Part shown: positions 8,331 to 17,057 of the stretch, in pieces | How the letters are laid out: each line of letters begins with the position of its first letter | Numbering within the stretch: the first letter of the stretch is position 1 | Assembly (NCBI GenBank): GCA_965230905.1 | Contig: OZ246396.1 | Coordinates: 750,001-782,000, forward strand | Source: Candidatus Saccharimonadota bacterium | Lineage (GTDB): Bacteria; Patescibacteriota; Gracilibacteria; UBA1369; 2-02-FULL-48-14 | DNA length: 32,000 nt | Direction: 5' to 3' | The notes under the pieces: generated by a model | The model's database searches: none | What the model was told of the DNA's origin: nothing | What the model saw: the letters and a program-made list of their open reading frames with translations, nothing else | Translations under genes and position numbers: made by a program

Positions 8331-8726
8331 CCTTCATACTCCCTATAAGCCGAGTTCTGTCCATTTACGGATTGCCCGCAAACAGTGTGACCATCTCTCT
8401 GGACCCGTTATTGCTAACGGGTTCAAGCGGTGGGCGCGCGGGGGTCTTAGGCAGACCGAGTCCCGTACTCCATTCCCACCTTGCAAGGAAAAGGGTTTAC
8501 CTAGCCAACTCTCTCTCGAGAGGGCTCCCCGTGTCCCGTATTGCTACTAGATAGAGGGGGCGTTTCATGTTGGTGCGTCTCTGTGGCACTTTCCCTACGC
8601 GGCGTTTTTTAGGTCGCCGTGCGGCCGCCGTTAGCGGCTTTTCTGCCTACCTTGCTCGGACTTTCCTCACCTTTTGCATACGTACCGAAGTGCGTGGTGC
8701 GCGGGGCGCGGTCACAAGGAGCTTTA
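8331..8726 (-). ncRNA. rnpB: RNase P RNA, bacterial type A (ends approximate)
   Basis: The minus strand carries the universal P4 elements GAGGAAAGUCCG (reverse complement of cggactttcctc near 8658-8670) and ACAGAACUCGGCUUAU (reverse complement of 8345-8360). It also carries GUGCCACAGAGACGCA and GGUAAAC..GCAAGG, similar to E. coli M1 RNA segments. No ORF, own promoter and own terminator. Confidence 0.85.
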
Positions 8727-8728
8727 AC

Positions 8729-8756
8729 AGATTACGGATTTTTGAGAAATTGTCAA
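8729..8756 (-). promoter_or_regulatory. Putative rnpB promoter (TTGACA-16-TAATCT)
   Basis: Minus strand has TTGACA at 8756-8751, a 16-nt spacer and TAATCT at 8734-8729, just upstream of the predicted RNase P RNA 5' end. Confidence 0.5.
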
Positions 8757-8766
8757 TCAGGCGAAC

Positions 8767-9123
8767 TTAGGCGGCAGATTGCATAACATCGCCGGGTCTC
8801 TTGTCACGTAGCTGGCGGTAGCTGGGGCCTCTTTGAGGTGTTTTTCCAGTTCGTTGGCTTAACGCCATCACTTCATCTGCTCGTCTTTGCACTTGTTGTT
8901 CAAGAACCGCTTCTAATGCGCTGTGGAAGCGAACCACCTCTTGATCCAGAGCCAAAATGGCGGCTTGTTCATCTGGGTCTTTAGTTGCTAGGTAAACATC
9001 AACGAGTTGATAGTTGAGTTTCACTGCCCTTGTAAAAACCTCTGGACTTGGCGCTTCCGTTTGTAGGTCTTTTAGAGTTTGGCGAACGGTAGCTAGAGTG
9101 GGCGTTTCATGAGGAGTATTCAT
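8767..9123 (-). CDS. Hypothetical protein (118 aa, predicted helical)
   Basis: ATG-initiated ORF in a visibly AT-richer patch. No recognisable motif. Confidence 0.4.
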   Translation of the reverse strand: MNTPHETPTLATVRQTLKDLQTEAPSPEVFTRAVKLNYQLVDVYLATKDPDEQAAILALDQEVVRFHSALEAVLEQQVQRRADEVMALSQRTGKTPQRGPSYRQLRDKRPGDVMQSAA

Positions 9124-9181
9124 AAGAGGGCAGGTAAGGGAGTATAACGTTTCAATGCAGAGAGGCGGGTTTTATTACAGA

Positions 9182-9376
9182 TTAATTCTGAGGAGGAGGA
9201 GGTTCGGGCACTAAAAAATTTTTAAGTGCACCATTTCCCCTCATTATCATCAAGATTCTATCTATCACAATCTGTCCTTCCTCTGTTTCCATTAAATCTG
9301 TTACGGGTCTGCCTTTCCATTCAGTAAGGTCAATAACTTGCTGGACGCTCTGGGTGAGATTAAGTTGGGCTGACAT
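9182..9376 (-). CDS. Hypothetical small protein (64 aa, C-terminal PEPPPPQN)
   Basis: Short ATG-initiated ORF. No family recognised. The upstream context contains TAGCCACAC, also present in the secA/tilS leader. Confidence 0.3.
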   Translation of the reverse strand: MSAQLNLTQSVQQVIDLTEWKGRPVTDLMETEEGQIVIDRILMIMRGNGALKNFLVPEPPPPQN

Positions 9377-9625
9377 AGGTAGTGTGGCTAAAAAATAAAA
9401 ATCCCCGCTTTGTGGGCGAGGAGGAGGTTTTAGATTTTTTATGAATCGTTTACCTACTTACTCCTCGCACAGACCAATACGCAAAGCAAAACTTTGTTGT
9501 GGTGGTGCAGGTGGGAATAAAATGTAGACGTGTCATAAGAAATTTAAAACAACCCTCACTCTACTTGGTCTATTGCATACGTCAAACAGTCCCTTTTGCA
9601 AGCGACGTGAAATCGGTGTCTGGTA

Positions 9626-10213
9626 TTACTTCTCCTCCTTGAGCTTTTTGAATTCGCGTTGGAAGAATTTAGCGGTTTCAAGGCAGTCTTTTGCTTTTTC
9701 GTTGTGGGGTTCCAGCGCGAGCGCGGTTTCCAAAAGAGCAATGGTTTCCACAAATTGACGGTCGTTCAAGTAGCACACTGCAAGGTCACACATAATGAGC
9801 GTGTCTTGGGGAGCCATAGCCTTGGCACGTTCCAAAATCACGAGTCCGCGTCGGCGGTCTCCGCTGTGGAAAATGCTCCATCCCAAACATCGGAGGATTT
9901 CGGGGTGGTGGGGTTGTACGCGGTTGGCGAGTTCCAAGGTTTCTACGGATTTCCCAAAGTCTCCTAAAGAGGAATAAAGGAATCCGAGGAGGTAGAGAGC
10001 GTTTGGGCTATTTGGCTTGAGTTTGAGCGCGTGTTTCAGCGCCTTCATAGACTTGTCGTACTCCCGTAAACTGAGGTAGTTGTCCCCAATTTCCTCATAA
10101 GCCTCCACATACTCAAGATCCATGATGAGCATCTTGTTGGAGAGTTGGATGGCTTCTTGGTGCCGTCCAGCTAGCTTGAGGCCATCGGCCTGTTTGAGGA
10201 GGTCGTCGTACAT
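9626..10213 (-). CDS. Tetratricopeptide-repeat (TPR) protein
   Basis: 195 aa with repeated TPR-like A..Y..G..Y....A...Y..AL...P patterns (AYEEIGDNYLSLREYDKSMKALKHALKLKPNSPNALYLLGFLY..). Confidence 0.7.
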   Translation of the reverse strand: MYDDLLKQADGLKLAGRHQEAIQLSNKMLIMDLEYVEAYEEIGDNYLSLREYDKSMKALKHALKLKPNSPNALYLLGFLYSSLGDFGKSVETLELANRVQPHHPEILRCLGWSIFHSGDRRRGLVILERAKAMAPQDTLIMCDLAVCYLNDRQFVETIALLETALALEPHNEKAKDCLETAKFFQREFKKLKEEK

Positions 10214-10245
10214 GTTTATTGATTTTTATTTTTTTGTATCTAGTT

Positions 10246-10274
10246 ATTATAGCAAAAAAACCGACTTCCTTCAA
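10246..10274 (-). promoter_or_regulatory. Putative promoter of the TPR gene (TTGAAG-17-TATAAT)
   Basis: Minus strand has TTGAAG at 10274-10269, a 17-nt spacer and TATAAT at 10251-10246, 32 nt before the ATG at 10213. Confidence 0.4.
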
Positions 10275-10311
10275 GGAGTGTAGGCTTGGCATTTGAGGGG
10301 AATGTGTTGGA

Positions 10312-11187
10312 CTATTCGCCGCCTTTTTGCAGGAATTCCTGCATGCGTTCCCGGAGTTCCGCATCCTTCTGCGCAAAAGCCATATTTGCCTGCAAAAGCC
10401 CCCAAGGGGTGCCGGTGTCGTAGCGGGTGCCTTCTACTTCCAAGGCGTAGATGGGTTTTCCTTCGGAAAGCAGGGTGCGGAGGCCGTCGATGAGGCGAAT
10501 CTCGCCGTCAGGTTGGCTGGATTGGCTGCGCGCCAGAGCTTCGAGCACATCAGGAGTGCAGATGTATTTACCTACGATTCCCAGATCTGAAGGTGCGTCT
10601 TCGGCGCGGGGTTTTTCCACGAGGCCGGTAACCTGGATTTGGCGGCCCGTGACGGTGCCGGGGCTGATGACGCCGTAACTGCTGATGTTTGCTTTAGGCA
10701 CGCGTTCGGTGCAGAGCACGGGGGCGCCGGTTTGTGCGTACACATCCAGGAGCTGGGCGAGGGCGGGGCGGGGTCCATCTATAATGTCGTCGCCAAAGAG
10801 TACGGCGAAGGGTTCGCTTCCCAAAAAGTCCTTTGCGCAGAGCAGGGCGTGGCCGTCTCCTTTGGCTTCCAGTTGAGGCACGTAGGCCAGATGAACGCTT
10901 TCTTCTATAGTGTGCAGTTCGTGCAGGAGTTCGCCTTTGCCCCGTTGGATGAGGTCTTGCTCCAGTTCGTAGTTGGGGTCGAAGTGTTCCTCGATGCTGC
11001 GTTTTCCAAATCCGGTCACAATGATGATTTCTTGGATGCCGGAGGCCAGCACTTCTTCCACCAGGTATTGAATCACGGGTTTATTCAAAATGGGGAGCAT
11101 CGGTTTGGGAATCACCTTGGTCATGGGGAAGAAACGCGTCCCGAGGCCCGCTGCCAAAATCACCGCTTTGCGTACAGGTTGGTTCAT
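10312..11187 (-). CDS. galU: UTP--glucose-1-phosphate uridylyltransferase
   Basis: KAVILAAGLGTRFFPMTKVIPKPMLPILNKPVIQYLVEEVLASGIQEIIIVTG is the GalU N-terminal signature. The start overlaps the upstream gene's stop (ATGA). Confidence 0.9.
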   Translation of the reverse strand: MNQPVRKAVILAAGLGTRFFPMTKVIPKPMLPILNKPVIQYLVEEVLASGIQEIIIVTGFGKRSIEEHFDPNYELEQDLIQRGKGELLHELHTIEESVHLAYVPQLEAKGDGHALLCAKDFLGSEPFAVLFGDDIIDGPRPALAQLLDVYAQTGAPVLCTERVPKANISSYGVISPGTVTGRQIQVTGLVEKPRAEDAPSDLGIVGKYICTPDVLEALARSQSSQPDGEIRLIDGLRTLLSEGKPIYALEVEGTRYDTGTPWGLLQANMAFAQKDAELRERMQEFLQKGGE

Positions 11188-11690
11188 GCGCTGGGGCCGC
11201 CTTCTTCTATGTGAATGATGCGGGTTTTAAAATCTTCCGTTTTAGGAATGGTGACGATGAGCATGTGTTCGTGTACTCGAGCATTGATGTTTTTGCGGTC
11301 GATGTGGTCGGGGAGCACAATGGAGCGAGAAAAAGTTCCCCAAAAGAGTTCGGATACCAAGGCTGAGTTCACTTGAAGGCCTTCGATTCGCTTACGTTCG
11401 CCGCGAATGGTGAGCACGTCGTCTTGAATGGCCACTTTGATATCGGATTTCTCTACGCCGGCAATGGGGCACACAATGATCATCAAATCTTCACGCTGCA
11501 AAATGTCCACGGAAAGCTGACCTTCCTGCGCGGCTTCTGCGGCGGTGGGTGCTTTATGGCCGTAGGCACTCGCCTCTGCTCGTGGGCGCGCGCTTAATTT
11601 AACGGGCTGAGGGGCGCCCTTTTTTAAGGGGGCTCCGGCTGGCGCCTCCGCCCTGGCGTGTTTGAGTTGGCCGATTCCTACTTGGCTCAT
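11184..11690 (-). CDS. Hsp20/alpha-crystallin family small heat-shock protein
   Basis: Alpha-crystallin domain: LSVDILQREDLMIIVCPIAGVEKSDIKVAIQDDVLTIRGERK..FSRSIVLPDHIDRKNINARVHEHMLIVTIPK. Ala/Pro-rich N-terminal extension. Confidence 0.85.
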   Translation of the reverse strand: MSQVGIGQLKHARAEAPAGAPLKKGAPQPVKLSARPRAEASAYGHKAPTAAEAAQEGQLSVDILQREDLMIIVCPIAGVEKSDIKVAIQDDVLTIRGERKRIEGLQVNSALVSELFWGTFSRSIVLPDHIDRKNINARVHEHMLIVTIPKTEDFKTRIIHIEEGGPSA

Positions 11691-11704
11691 GGGATTAGTG
11701 TAAC

Positions 11705-13549
11705 TTAAGCATCTGCTTTCGCCAATTTTTTCCCTTCCAGGAGTTTAACAAACTCCTCACGGGTGAGGGTTTCGCGCTCCTTCAAGGCTTTAGCGATGTG
11801 TTCCATGTCTTTGCGGTGTTTGGTGAGGAGTTCCTTGGCCAGCTTATAGGCCTTGTCCACGAAGCCTTGAATCTCTTTGTCGATGAGGGCGGCCTTTTCT
11901 TCGGAGTAATTTTTCACGTGACCAAAGTCGCGGCCTAGGAAGACTTCGTGATTCGCTTCACCATATACAGTGGGGCCAACGGCGGCGCTCATTCCAAATT
12001 CGGTCACCATGCGGCGTGCCATTTGGGTGACTTTTTGCAGATCATTGGAGGGGCCGGTGGAAACTTGGCCGTAGAACATTTCTTCCGCCACGTATCCGCC
12101 CATGCCGGAGGCCATTTCGTGCTCGAATTTTTCTTGAGTGACCAGATGCGTGTCTTCTTCAGGCATGAACCAAGTGAGACCCAAGGCCATACCGCGAGGG
12201 ATGATGGTCACTTTGCGCAGCGGGTCGCATTGGGGGAGCAGTTGGCGCACGAGAGCATGACCCACTTCGTGATAGGCCGTGACTTCTTTTTCTTTTTCTG
12301 ACATCACATGGGATTTGCGTTCTGGTCCGATTTGAACCTTTTCCACGGACATTTCAATGTCGTGCTGAGTGATTTCTTTTTCGCTCTTGCGGGCGGCCAT
12401 GATCGCGGCTTCGTTGAGCACATTTTCTAAGTCAGCTCCGGAGAAACCAGGGGTTTGCTTGGCCACATGGCGAAGGTCGATGTTTTTCACCATGGGCTTA
12501 TTTTTGCTGTGCACTTTAAGGATGGCTTCTCGGTCGTCCATGCTGGGACTGTCCACCACCACGCGGCGGTCGAAACGGCCGGGGCGCAGCAGGGCAGGGT
12601 CGAGCACATCGGGGCGGTTGGTGGCCGCCATTACAATGACGCCGGTATTGGTTTCGAATCCGTCCATTTCGGTCAGTATCTGGTTGAGGGTTTGTTCACG
12701 TTCGTCGTGTCCTCCGCCCACTCCGGTTCCGCGTTGGCGGCCCACGGCGTCGATTTCATCCATGAAGATAATACAAGGCGCGTTGCGCTTAGCTTTTTTA
12801 AACAAGTCACGCACACGGCTGGCTCCCACTCCCACGAACATTTCTACGAATTCAGAACCGCTGATGCTGAAGAAGGGCACGTTCGCCTCACCGGCAACGG
12901 CGCGGGCAAGGAGGGTTTTTCCATTTCCTGGAGAACCCACGAGCATAACCCCTTTTGGAATTTTGGCTCCCATGGCGGTGTATTTGCTAGGGTTCTTTAA
13001 AAAGTCCACCACTTCCACGAGTTCTTCCTTGGCTTCTTTGAGTCCGGCCACGTCGTCGAAAGTCGTCTTTTCTTTTTCTTTATCGTGCAGACGTGCGTTG
13101 GATTTCCCAAAGGACATCGCTTGGTTGTTGCTGCTCGCCGCGCCGCGCATCATGAAATAGAGGAATCCAATGATCAGCATAAAAGGAATGATGGCGAGCC
13201 CGATGTTGAGCCACACACCCTTGCTGGAAGTGTCCACGACTTCAATATCAATGGAAGCCACCAAAGCGGGGTCCACGCTGTCGAGCACTTCGCTCACGGT
13301 TTCACCCGGTTCTTTGTAGGCGTATTTTTTCGTTTCATCTTTAAGCGTGTAGTCCAGGCGGCTGTCGCTCACGGCCACGGTTTCCACGTTTCCTGCTGCC
13401 ACGTCTTCTACGAATTCACTGCGGCCCACTTGTTCAATCACGGTGCGGGAATCGGAATTCCAGATTGTATAAATACCCGAAAGCAGCAGCGCCACCACGA
13501 GCAGGGTCACTAAAGGATTGGGAGATTTTCTTGGGAGCATGTTTGCCAT
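11705..13549 (-). CDS. ftsH: ATP-dependent zinc metalloprotease FtsH
   Basis: Two N-terminal TM helices, an AAA+ module ([34 protein letters not shown], second region of homology [20 protein letters not shown]) and the HEVGHAL zinc motif. Confidence 0.97.
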   Translation of the reverse strand: MANMLPRKSPNPLVTLLVVALLLSGIYTIWNSDSRTVIEQVGRSEFVEDVAAGNVETVAVSDSRLDYTLKDETKKYAYKEPGETVSEVLDSVDPALVASIDIEVVDTSSKGVWLNIGLAIIPFMLIIGFLYFMMRGAASSNNQAMSFGKSNARLHDKEKEKTTFDDVAGLKEAKEELVEVVDFLKNPSKYTAMGAKIPKGVMLVGSPGNGKTLLARAVAGEANVPFFSISGSEFVEMFVGVGASRVRDLFKKAKRNAPCIIFMDEIDAVGRQRGTGVGGGHDEREQTLNQILTEMDGFETNTGVIVMAATNRPDVLDPALLRPGRFDRRVVVDSPSMDDREAILKVHSKNKPMVKNIDLRHVAKQTPGFSGADLENVLNEAAIMAARKSEKEITQHDIEMSVEKVQIGPERKSHVMSEKEKEVTAYHEVGHALVRQLLPQCDPLRKVTIIPRGMALGLTWFMPEEDTHLVTQEKFEHEMASGMGGYVAEEMFYGQVSTGPSNDLQKVTQMARRMVTEFGMSAAVGPTVYGEANHEVFLGRDFGHVKNYSEEKAALIDKEIQGFVDKAYKLAKELLTKHRKDMEHIAKALKERETLTREEFVKLLEGKKLAKADA

Positions 13550-13575
13550 GTTTTAATTTATTTAGGGCGGTCTCT

Positions 13576-13604
13576 ATTCTAGGCGTGTGGAGGGTTTGGG
13601 GCAA
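13576..13604 (-). promoter_or_regulatory. Putative ftsH promoter (TTGCCC-17-TAGAAT)
   Basis: Minus strand has TTGCCC at 13604-13599, a 17-nt spacer and TAGAAT at 13581-13576, 26 nt upstream of the ftsH ATG. Confidence 0.4.
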
Positions 13605-13606
13605 CT

Positions 13607-14632
13607 CTATTGGGCAATTGGAGCGAGCCTATTGGTGTAAGAGTCCAATAAGTCGAAACCAATCTCTCTCACGATTTCTCGCACCCTTCTGAGTTGCGCC
13701 TTAACACGGGCATCGTTTGGGGGCTCAACAAAATCAAGATGATCCAGGCGTTTGTCTATTTTGTGCCTGCCTTTGTCAAGAATCGCATCCTTTTTGGCGG
13801 CTCTAATTTTTGGCTCCAAATCTGTTAATGCATCACAAAAGGACACGCAATGAGCAAGCGCTGTTCGGTGATGTTTTGTGGCCATAGCAAGCTCAGCTAA
13901 TGAGGGTTCCAATTGGTTCTTTGCCAAGGTTTCTTCTCTACGTGCCGCGTCGGCTCCTTGAAAGTGCTGCTGTATGTCTCTTTGCGTGGTCAGAATTTTT
14001 TCGAATCTAGAGATGAAGGAATCGGTTGTACCGGCATAGTGACTTGCCACCACATAACGGAATCGATTTATAGTGTCGGGCACGAAGTAAGTAGCCACGT
14101 ATTCCCAGTGTTTTTCATCCAGAGTGCCAATCTCTACTTCATCCTTAAACCATTTCAGCCAAGGCACTTTAATGCGTCCTGTTTGGAAATCTACTTGGGG
14201 TACGAATGTTTGGGTGAGATCTTCAAATGGAGTCAGTGGAGAGGGGCTAAAAGAAAGGGCCCAAGGTGACACTAAGGTTCCTCTCATGTAAACCATACCG
14301 TGATTTACTTCCGAGTCGGTAACTTGTGCTACGGTTTTCCAATGATAACGGTCAGGATCTCTGGCAGCTATTGCTTGGAATAAATGTTCAAATGTTCTGC
14401 TTCCATGATCGTCGATGAGCAGATGAGCGTGTTCACTGTACATCTCATATGGATGAATAGAGTGATAATCTTGTTGCCATGAAGCGACGCTTTTTACTAT
14501 TCGCTCAACGACTTCTTCCCTTTTTTTCCGTGCGTTACACGCTTCTTCTAGGGCTTTTTGAGTATCCCCAGTAGGTCTTAAAAATCTTTCACTCAGGTCA
14601 CTTATACCTTTTTGTAGAGCGCTTTTTCCCAT
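13607..14632 (-). CDS. Hypothetical protein (341 aa), orphan between tilS and ftsH
   Basis: Long uninterrupted ATG ORF with its own good promoter. No TM segment, signal peptide or recognisable catalytic motif. Slightly AT-richer than its flanks by eye. Confidence 0.5.
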   Translation of the reverse strand: MGKSALQKGISDLSERFLRPTGDTQKALEEACNARKKREEVVERIVKSVASWQQDYHSIHPYEMYSEHAHLLIDDHGSRTFEHLFQAIAARDPDRYHWKTVAQVTDSEVNHGMVYMRGTLVSPWALSFSPSPLTPFEDLTQTFVPQVDFQTGRIKVPWLKWFKDEVEIGTLDEKHWEYVATYFVPDTINRFRYVVASHYAGTTDSFISRFEKILTTQRDIQQHFQGADAARREETLAKNQLEPSLAELAMATKHHRTALAHCVSFCDALTDLEPKIRAAKKDAILDKGRHKIDKRLDHLDFVEPPNDARVKAQLRRVREIVREIGFDLLDSYTNRLAPIAQ

Positions 14633-14648
14633 AATTAAAAGAGGGTGT

Positions 14649-14676
14649 ATTGTAACACCTTGGACTTATGCGTCAA
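14649..14676 (-). promoter_or_regulatory. Putative promoter of the 341-aa orphan (TTGACG-16-TACAAT)
   Basis: Minus strand has TTGACG at 14676-14671, a 16-nt spacer and TACAAT at 14654-14649, 16 nt before the ATG at 14632. It sits right after the tilS stop. Confidence 0.5.
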
Positions 14677-14681
14677 CAGGC

Positions 14682-15611
14682 TTAGCTGAGTTTTGCCCGC
14701 TCTTTTGTCATCGTGAGGAACTTGGCTTTTTTGGTTTCGGCGCTCCACTCGGTTTTTTTGCGGGGTTCGAGGGTGAGGATGGCTTCGTCCCAACGGTCGA
14801 TGGTGGCGTTGTCGGGCACGCGTTTGCCGGTGGACTCTAAATACCAGAGTTCCAGCACGGTGGCGCGCAGTGGGTAGGGGAGCTCGGTAAAGGCTTTGCG
14901 GTGCAGACCGTCTTTGGGATCCAGGAATTCGTTCATGAAATTTTTAGCGCCGGTTTCCAGCATCACTTGCAGATCGTTCCAGTAGCCCTTTTGGTTCTGC
15001 CAGCGTTCGGCGAGGCCGGGGTGCACGTGGTTGAGCACCGGCACGATTTTGTGGCGGAGGAAATTGCGCATGTAGCGGTCGTCTTCGTTGGTGGGGTCGT
15101 TGCGGAAAGGAATCTGGTGCGCCTCCACATACGCGGTGATTTCATTGCGGGACGTGTAGAGCAGCGGGCGGATGAGGTGGCCGCGAATAGGGGCCATGCC
15201 GGAAAGTCCTTTAACACGGGTTCCACGGAGCACGTGGAGCAGCATGGTTTCAAAATCGTCGTCTTGGTGGTGTGCGGTGAAAATAAAATCGGCGCCGTGT
15301 TTCTTGCAGAGTTTTTCAAAAAATTCGTAGCGTTTTTCGCGGCCCCATTCTTCCACATTTCCGCCTTCGGGTGGGCGAGGTTTGAAAAATTCACATTCGA
15401 GTTCCCAGCGTTGCATCATGCCGCGTGTAAAAAGAGCGTCGTCGTCGGCGCTTTCGCGGAGGCCGTGGTTGATGTGGGCGGGAATGATCTTTAAATCGGG
15501 GCGTTGGTGGATGAGCGCGTGCACGAGTGCCATGGAATCGCGGCCACCAGAAACACCGATAATGACGGTGGATTCTTTAGGAACAGCCTTGAGTTCTAGC
15601 TTGAGTTTCAT
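14682..15611 (-). CDS. tilS: tRNA(Ile)-lysidine synthase
   Basis: PP-loop motif VIIGVSGGRDSMALVHAL, followed by HINHGLR and TAHHQDD, typical of TilS. Confidence 0.9.
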   Translation of the reverse strand: MKLKLELKAVPKESTVIIGVSGGRDSMALVHALIHQRPDLKIIPAHINHGLRESADDDALFTRGMMQRWELECEFFKPRPPEGGNVEEWGREKRYEFFEKLCKKHGADFIFTAHHQDDDFETMLLHVLRGTRVKGLSGMAPIRGHLIRPLLYTSRNEITAYVEAHQIPFRNDPTNEDDRYMRNFLRHKIVPVLNHVHPGLAERWQNQKGYWNDLQVMLETGAKNFMNEFLDPKDGLHRKAFTELPYPLRATVLELWYLESTGKRVPDNATIDRWDEAILTLEPRKKTEWSAETKKAKFLTMTKERAKLS

Positions 15612-15677
15612 ATATTGGTGTGGCTAGGGCCACCTTCTTGCCTAGCAAACCTTTCGGGTTCGCGTGGGCGTAGGGTT
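15612..15677 (-). promoter_or_regulatory. Conserved structured leader element, copy B (abuts the tilS ATG)
   Basis: mRNA sense: ..AACCCGAAAGGUU UGCUAGGCAAGAAGGUGGCCCUAGCCACACCAAUAU-AUG. It is homologous to copy A at 6672-6736 and overlaps the last ~12 codons and the stop of the upstream RNHCP ORF. Confidence 0.5.
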
Positions 15678-15974
15678 TTGACTCAGCTGGGCAGCGAGGA
15701 CCATGTTATCATCATCTGCCATTTTATTGCGAATAGTTACGCCACATTTTGTACATTCGTGCAAGAGAATCCATCCTTTTTTGCCGGATTGCGTTACGCC
15801 GATTGGCTTCATTAAGCCATGACACGTGGAGGCACGGTCGCCCGGGAACTCGGCATCCAGATGCTGGGAGTGCAGACACTCGGTGCAGTGGTTTCGGCAG
15901 CTTCCTTTATGAGGCGCTACGTGGGCAGTGCAGTTTCCGCATTGAAAACCTTCGTTGATAACAGTAAAATTCAT
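15642..15974 (-). CDS. RNHCP-domain (Cys/His-rich, probable zinc-binding) protein
   Basis: FQCGNCTAHVAPHKGSCRNHCTECLHSQHLD..PGDRASTCHGLM..HECTKCG matches my recollection of the RNHCP domain signature (function unknown). Confidence 0.6.
   Translation of the reverse strand: MNFTVINEGFQCGNCTAHVAPHKGSCRNHCTECLHSQHLDAEFPGDRASTCHGLMKPIGVTQSGKKGWILLHECTKCGVTIRNKMADDDNMVLAAQLSQNPTPTRTRKVC
15942..15970 (+). promoter_or_regulatory. Putative promoter of the type IV pilus operon (TTGAAA-17-TAAAAT)
   Basis: TTGAAA at 15942-15947, a 17-nt spacer and TAAAAT at 15965-15970. It is embedded in the 5' coding end of the divergent RNHCP gene, about 47 nt upstream of the pilN ATG. Confidence 0.45.
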
Positions 15975-16017
15975 GCGACCTTAATTATAACGGACACACG
16001 CCGTGTCTGCACGCCAA

Positions 16018-16524
16018 ATGGATAAACCTTACGAAGCCCCCCGAGGGAGATTGTTGCCGACGCTCGTTGTATTTGTCTTCGTGCTGGGCGTACTTTACAC
16101 ATTGTTTTTGGTTTTCCAGCGCGTGAACGTGAGCGGAAACATTAAACAATTGGAAAACGAAAAAGTCGATGTGCAGGCCAAGATCGACGAACTCCGTGCG
16201 GAAGAAATTGAAGAACTCTTTGTGGCGCAAAAACTGAAAGACCTTTTGGAAGACAGCACGGTTGAATGGTCTAAGGTGGTTCGCAGTGTGCAAGATCTCA
16301 CGCCCGTGGCGGTGTTCTTAACGGCTTACACGATTGATGAAACCGGGGAAATTCAAGTGAGCGGACTGGGAGACTCCTTTGGCAGCGTGGCGGACATTAT
16401 TTCCAGCCTTCAAAAATCATCGGACTTTGCGAATGTGTTCGTTCCTTCGGTCACCGCAGGAACCACGGCCGACGGACAGCCGGTGGTGACTTTTAGTCTT
16501 AAACTTGACTACCTTCCTCAGTGA
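16018..16524 (+). CDS. pilN: PilN-like type IV pilus assembly protein
   Basis: Short cytoplasmic N-terminus, one TM helix (LLPTLVVFVFVLGVLYTLFLVF), a coiled-coil (IKQLENEKVDVQAKIDELRAEEIEEL) and a C-terminal ferredoxin-like segment. It is positioned just before pilO-pilC. ATG 16018 is preferred over the GTG at 16003. Confidence 0.6.
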   Translation: MDKPYEAPRGRLLPTLVVFVFVLGVLYTLFLVFQRVNVSGNIKQLENEKVDVQAKIDELRAEEIEELFVAQKLKDLLEDSTVEWSKVVRSVQDLTPVAVFLTAYTIDETGEIQVSGLGDSFGSVADIISSLQKSSDFANVFVPSVTAGTTADGQPVVTFSLKLDYLPQ

Positions 16525-17039
16525 AATCCAATTCTTTTTCTCAGCTCGTGTCCATTGTTCTGCTCTTCCTGATTATTGTGGGAAGTGTGGTGTTTGTGCT
16601 GCCCCTGCGTGAGAAAATCGCGGCGTTGCAGTTGACCGAGGAGACGTACAGCGGAGAACTGGCGGTCTTGGAAAGCAATTACGAAGATTTAAAAACACTT
16701 TCGGAAGAAGTGGCGACCAGCGAAACCACTCGGACTATGCTCAAGGCAGCGGTGCCGGTGGGCTACGATCAAGATGCGCTGCTTTTGGAACTTTCTGAGA
16801 TTACCGAGGAAATTGGATTTAAACTCAATGCCGTGAACTTTTCTGACACGGTGAGTGAAACGTATGGAAACAGCATCGAAATTTCTGCTAACTTTACCGG
16901 AACCTACGGGGACTTGGTTTCGTTTTTACAAGCCTTGGAAAGTGCGGACCGTTTGATGCGCGTGACGAACATGAGCATCCAAAGGACCAGCAGTGCCGCG
17001 GTGGCGTTTAATGTGAGCATTGAGGTCTATTACCAATAA
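16521..17039 (+). CDS. pilO: PilO-like type IV pilus assembly protein
   Basis: N-terminal TM helix, a coiled-coil, then DQDALLLELSEITEEIGFKLNAVNF..ANFTGTYGDLVSFLQALESADRLMRVTNMSI, which is the PilO pattern. The GTG start overlaps the pilN stop (GTGA). Confidence 0.6.
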   Translation: MKSNSFSQLVSIVLLFLIIVGSVVFVLPLREKIAALQLTEETYSGELAVLESNYEDLKTLSEEVATSETTRTMLKAAVPVGYDQDALLLELSEITEEIGFKLNAVNFSDTVSETYGNSIEISANFTGTYGDLVSFLQALESADRLMRVTNMSIQRTSSAAVAFNVSIEVYYQ

Positions 17040-17057
17040 TATTAAAATCCCCCTGTC

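Noticed and set aside
9441-9527. 28-aa plus-strand mini-ORF (..KLCCGGAGGNKM) as a peptide or RiPP precursor gene
   Set aside because: It is too short to support from sequence alone. The SD-like run is 13 nt away in a genome that otherwise seems not to use SD, and there are no modification enzymes nearby. It is kept only as a note inside the spacer finding.
11948-13513. Plus-strand ORFs of 117-263 aa opposite ftsH
   Set aside because: They are antisense shadows of the FtsH frame, with Ser/Arg/Ala-rich low-complexity translations.
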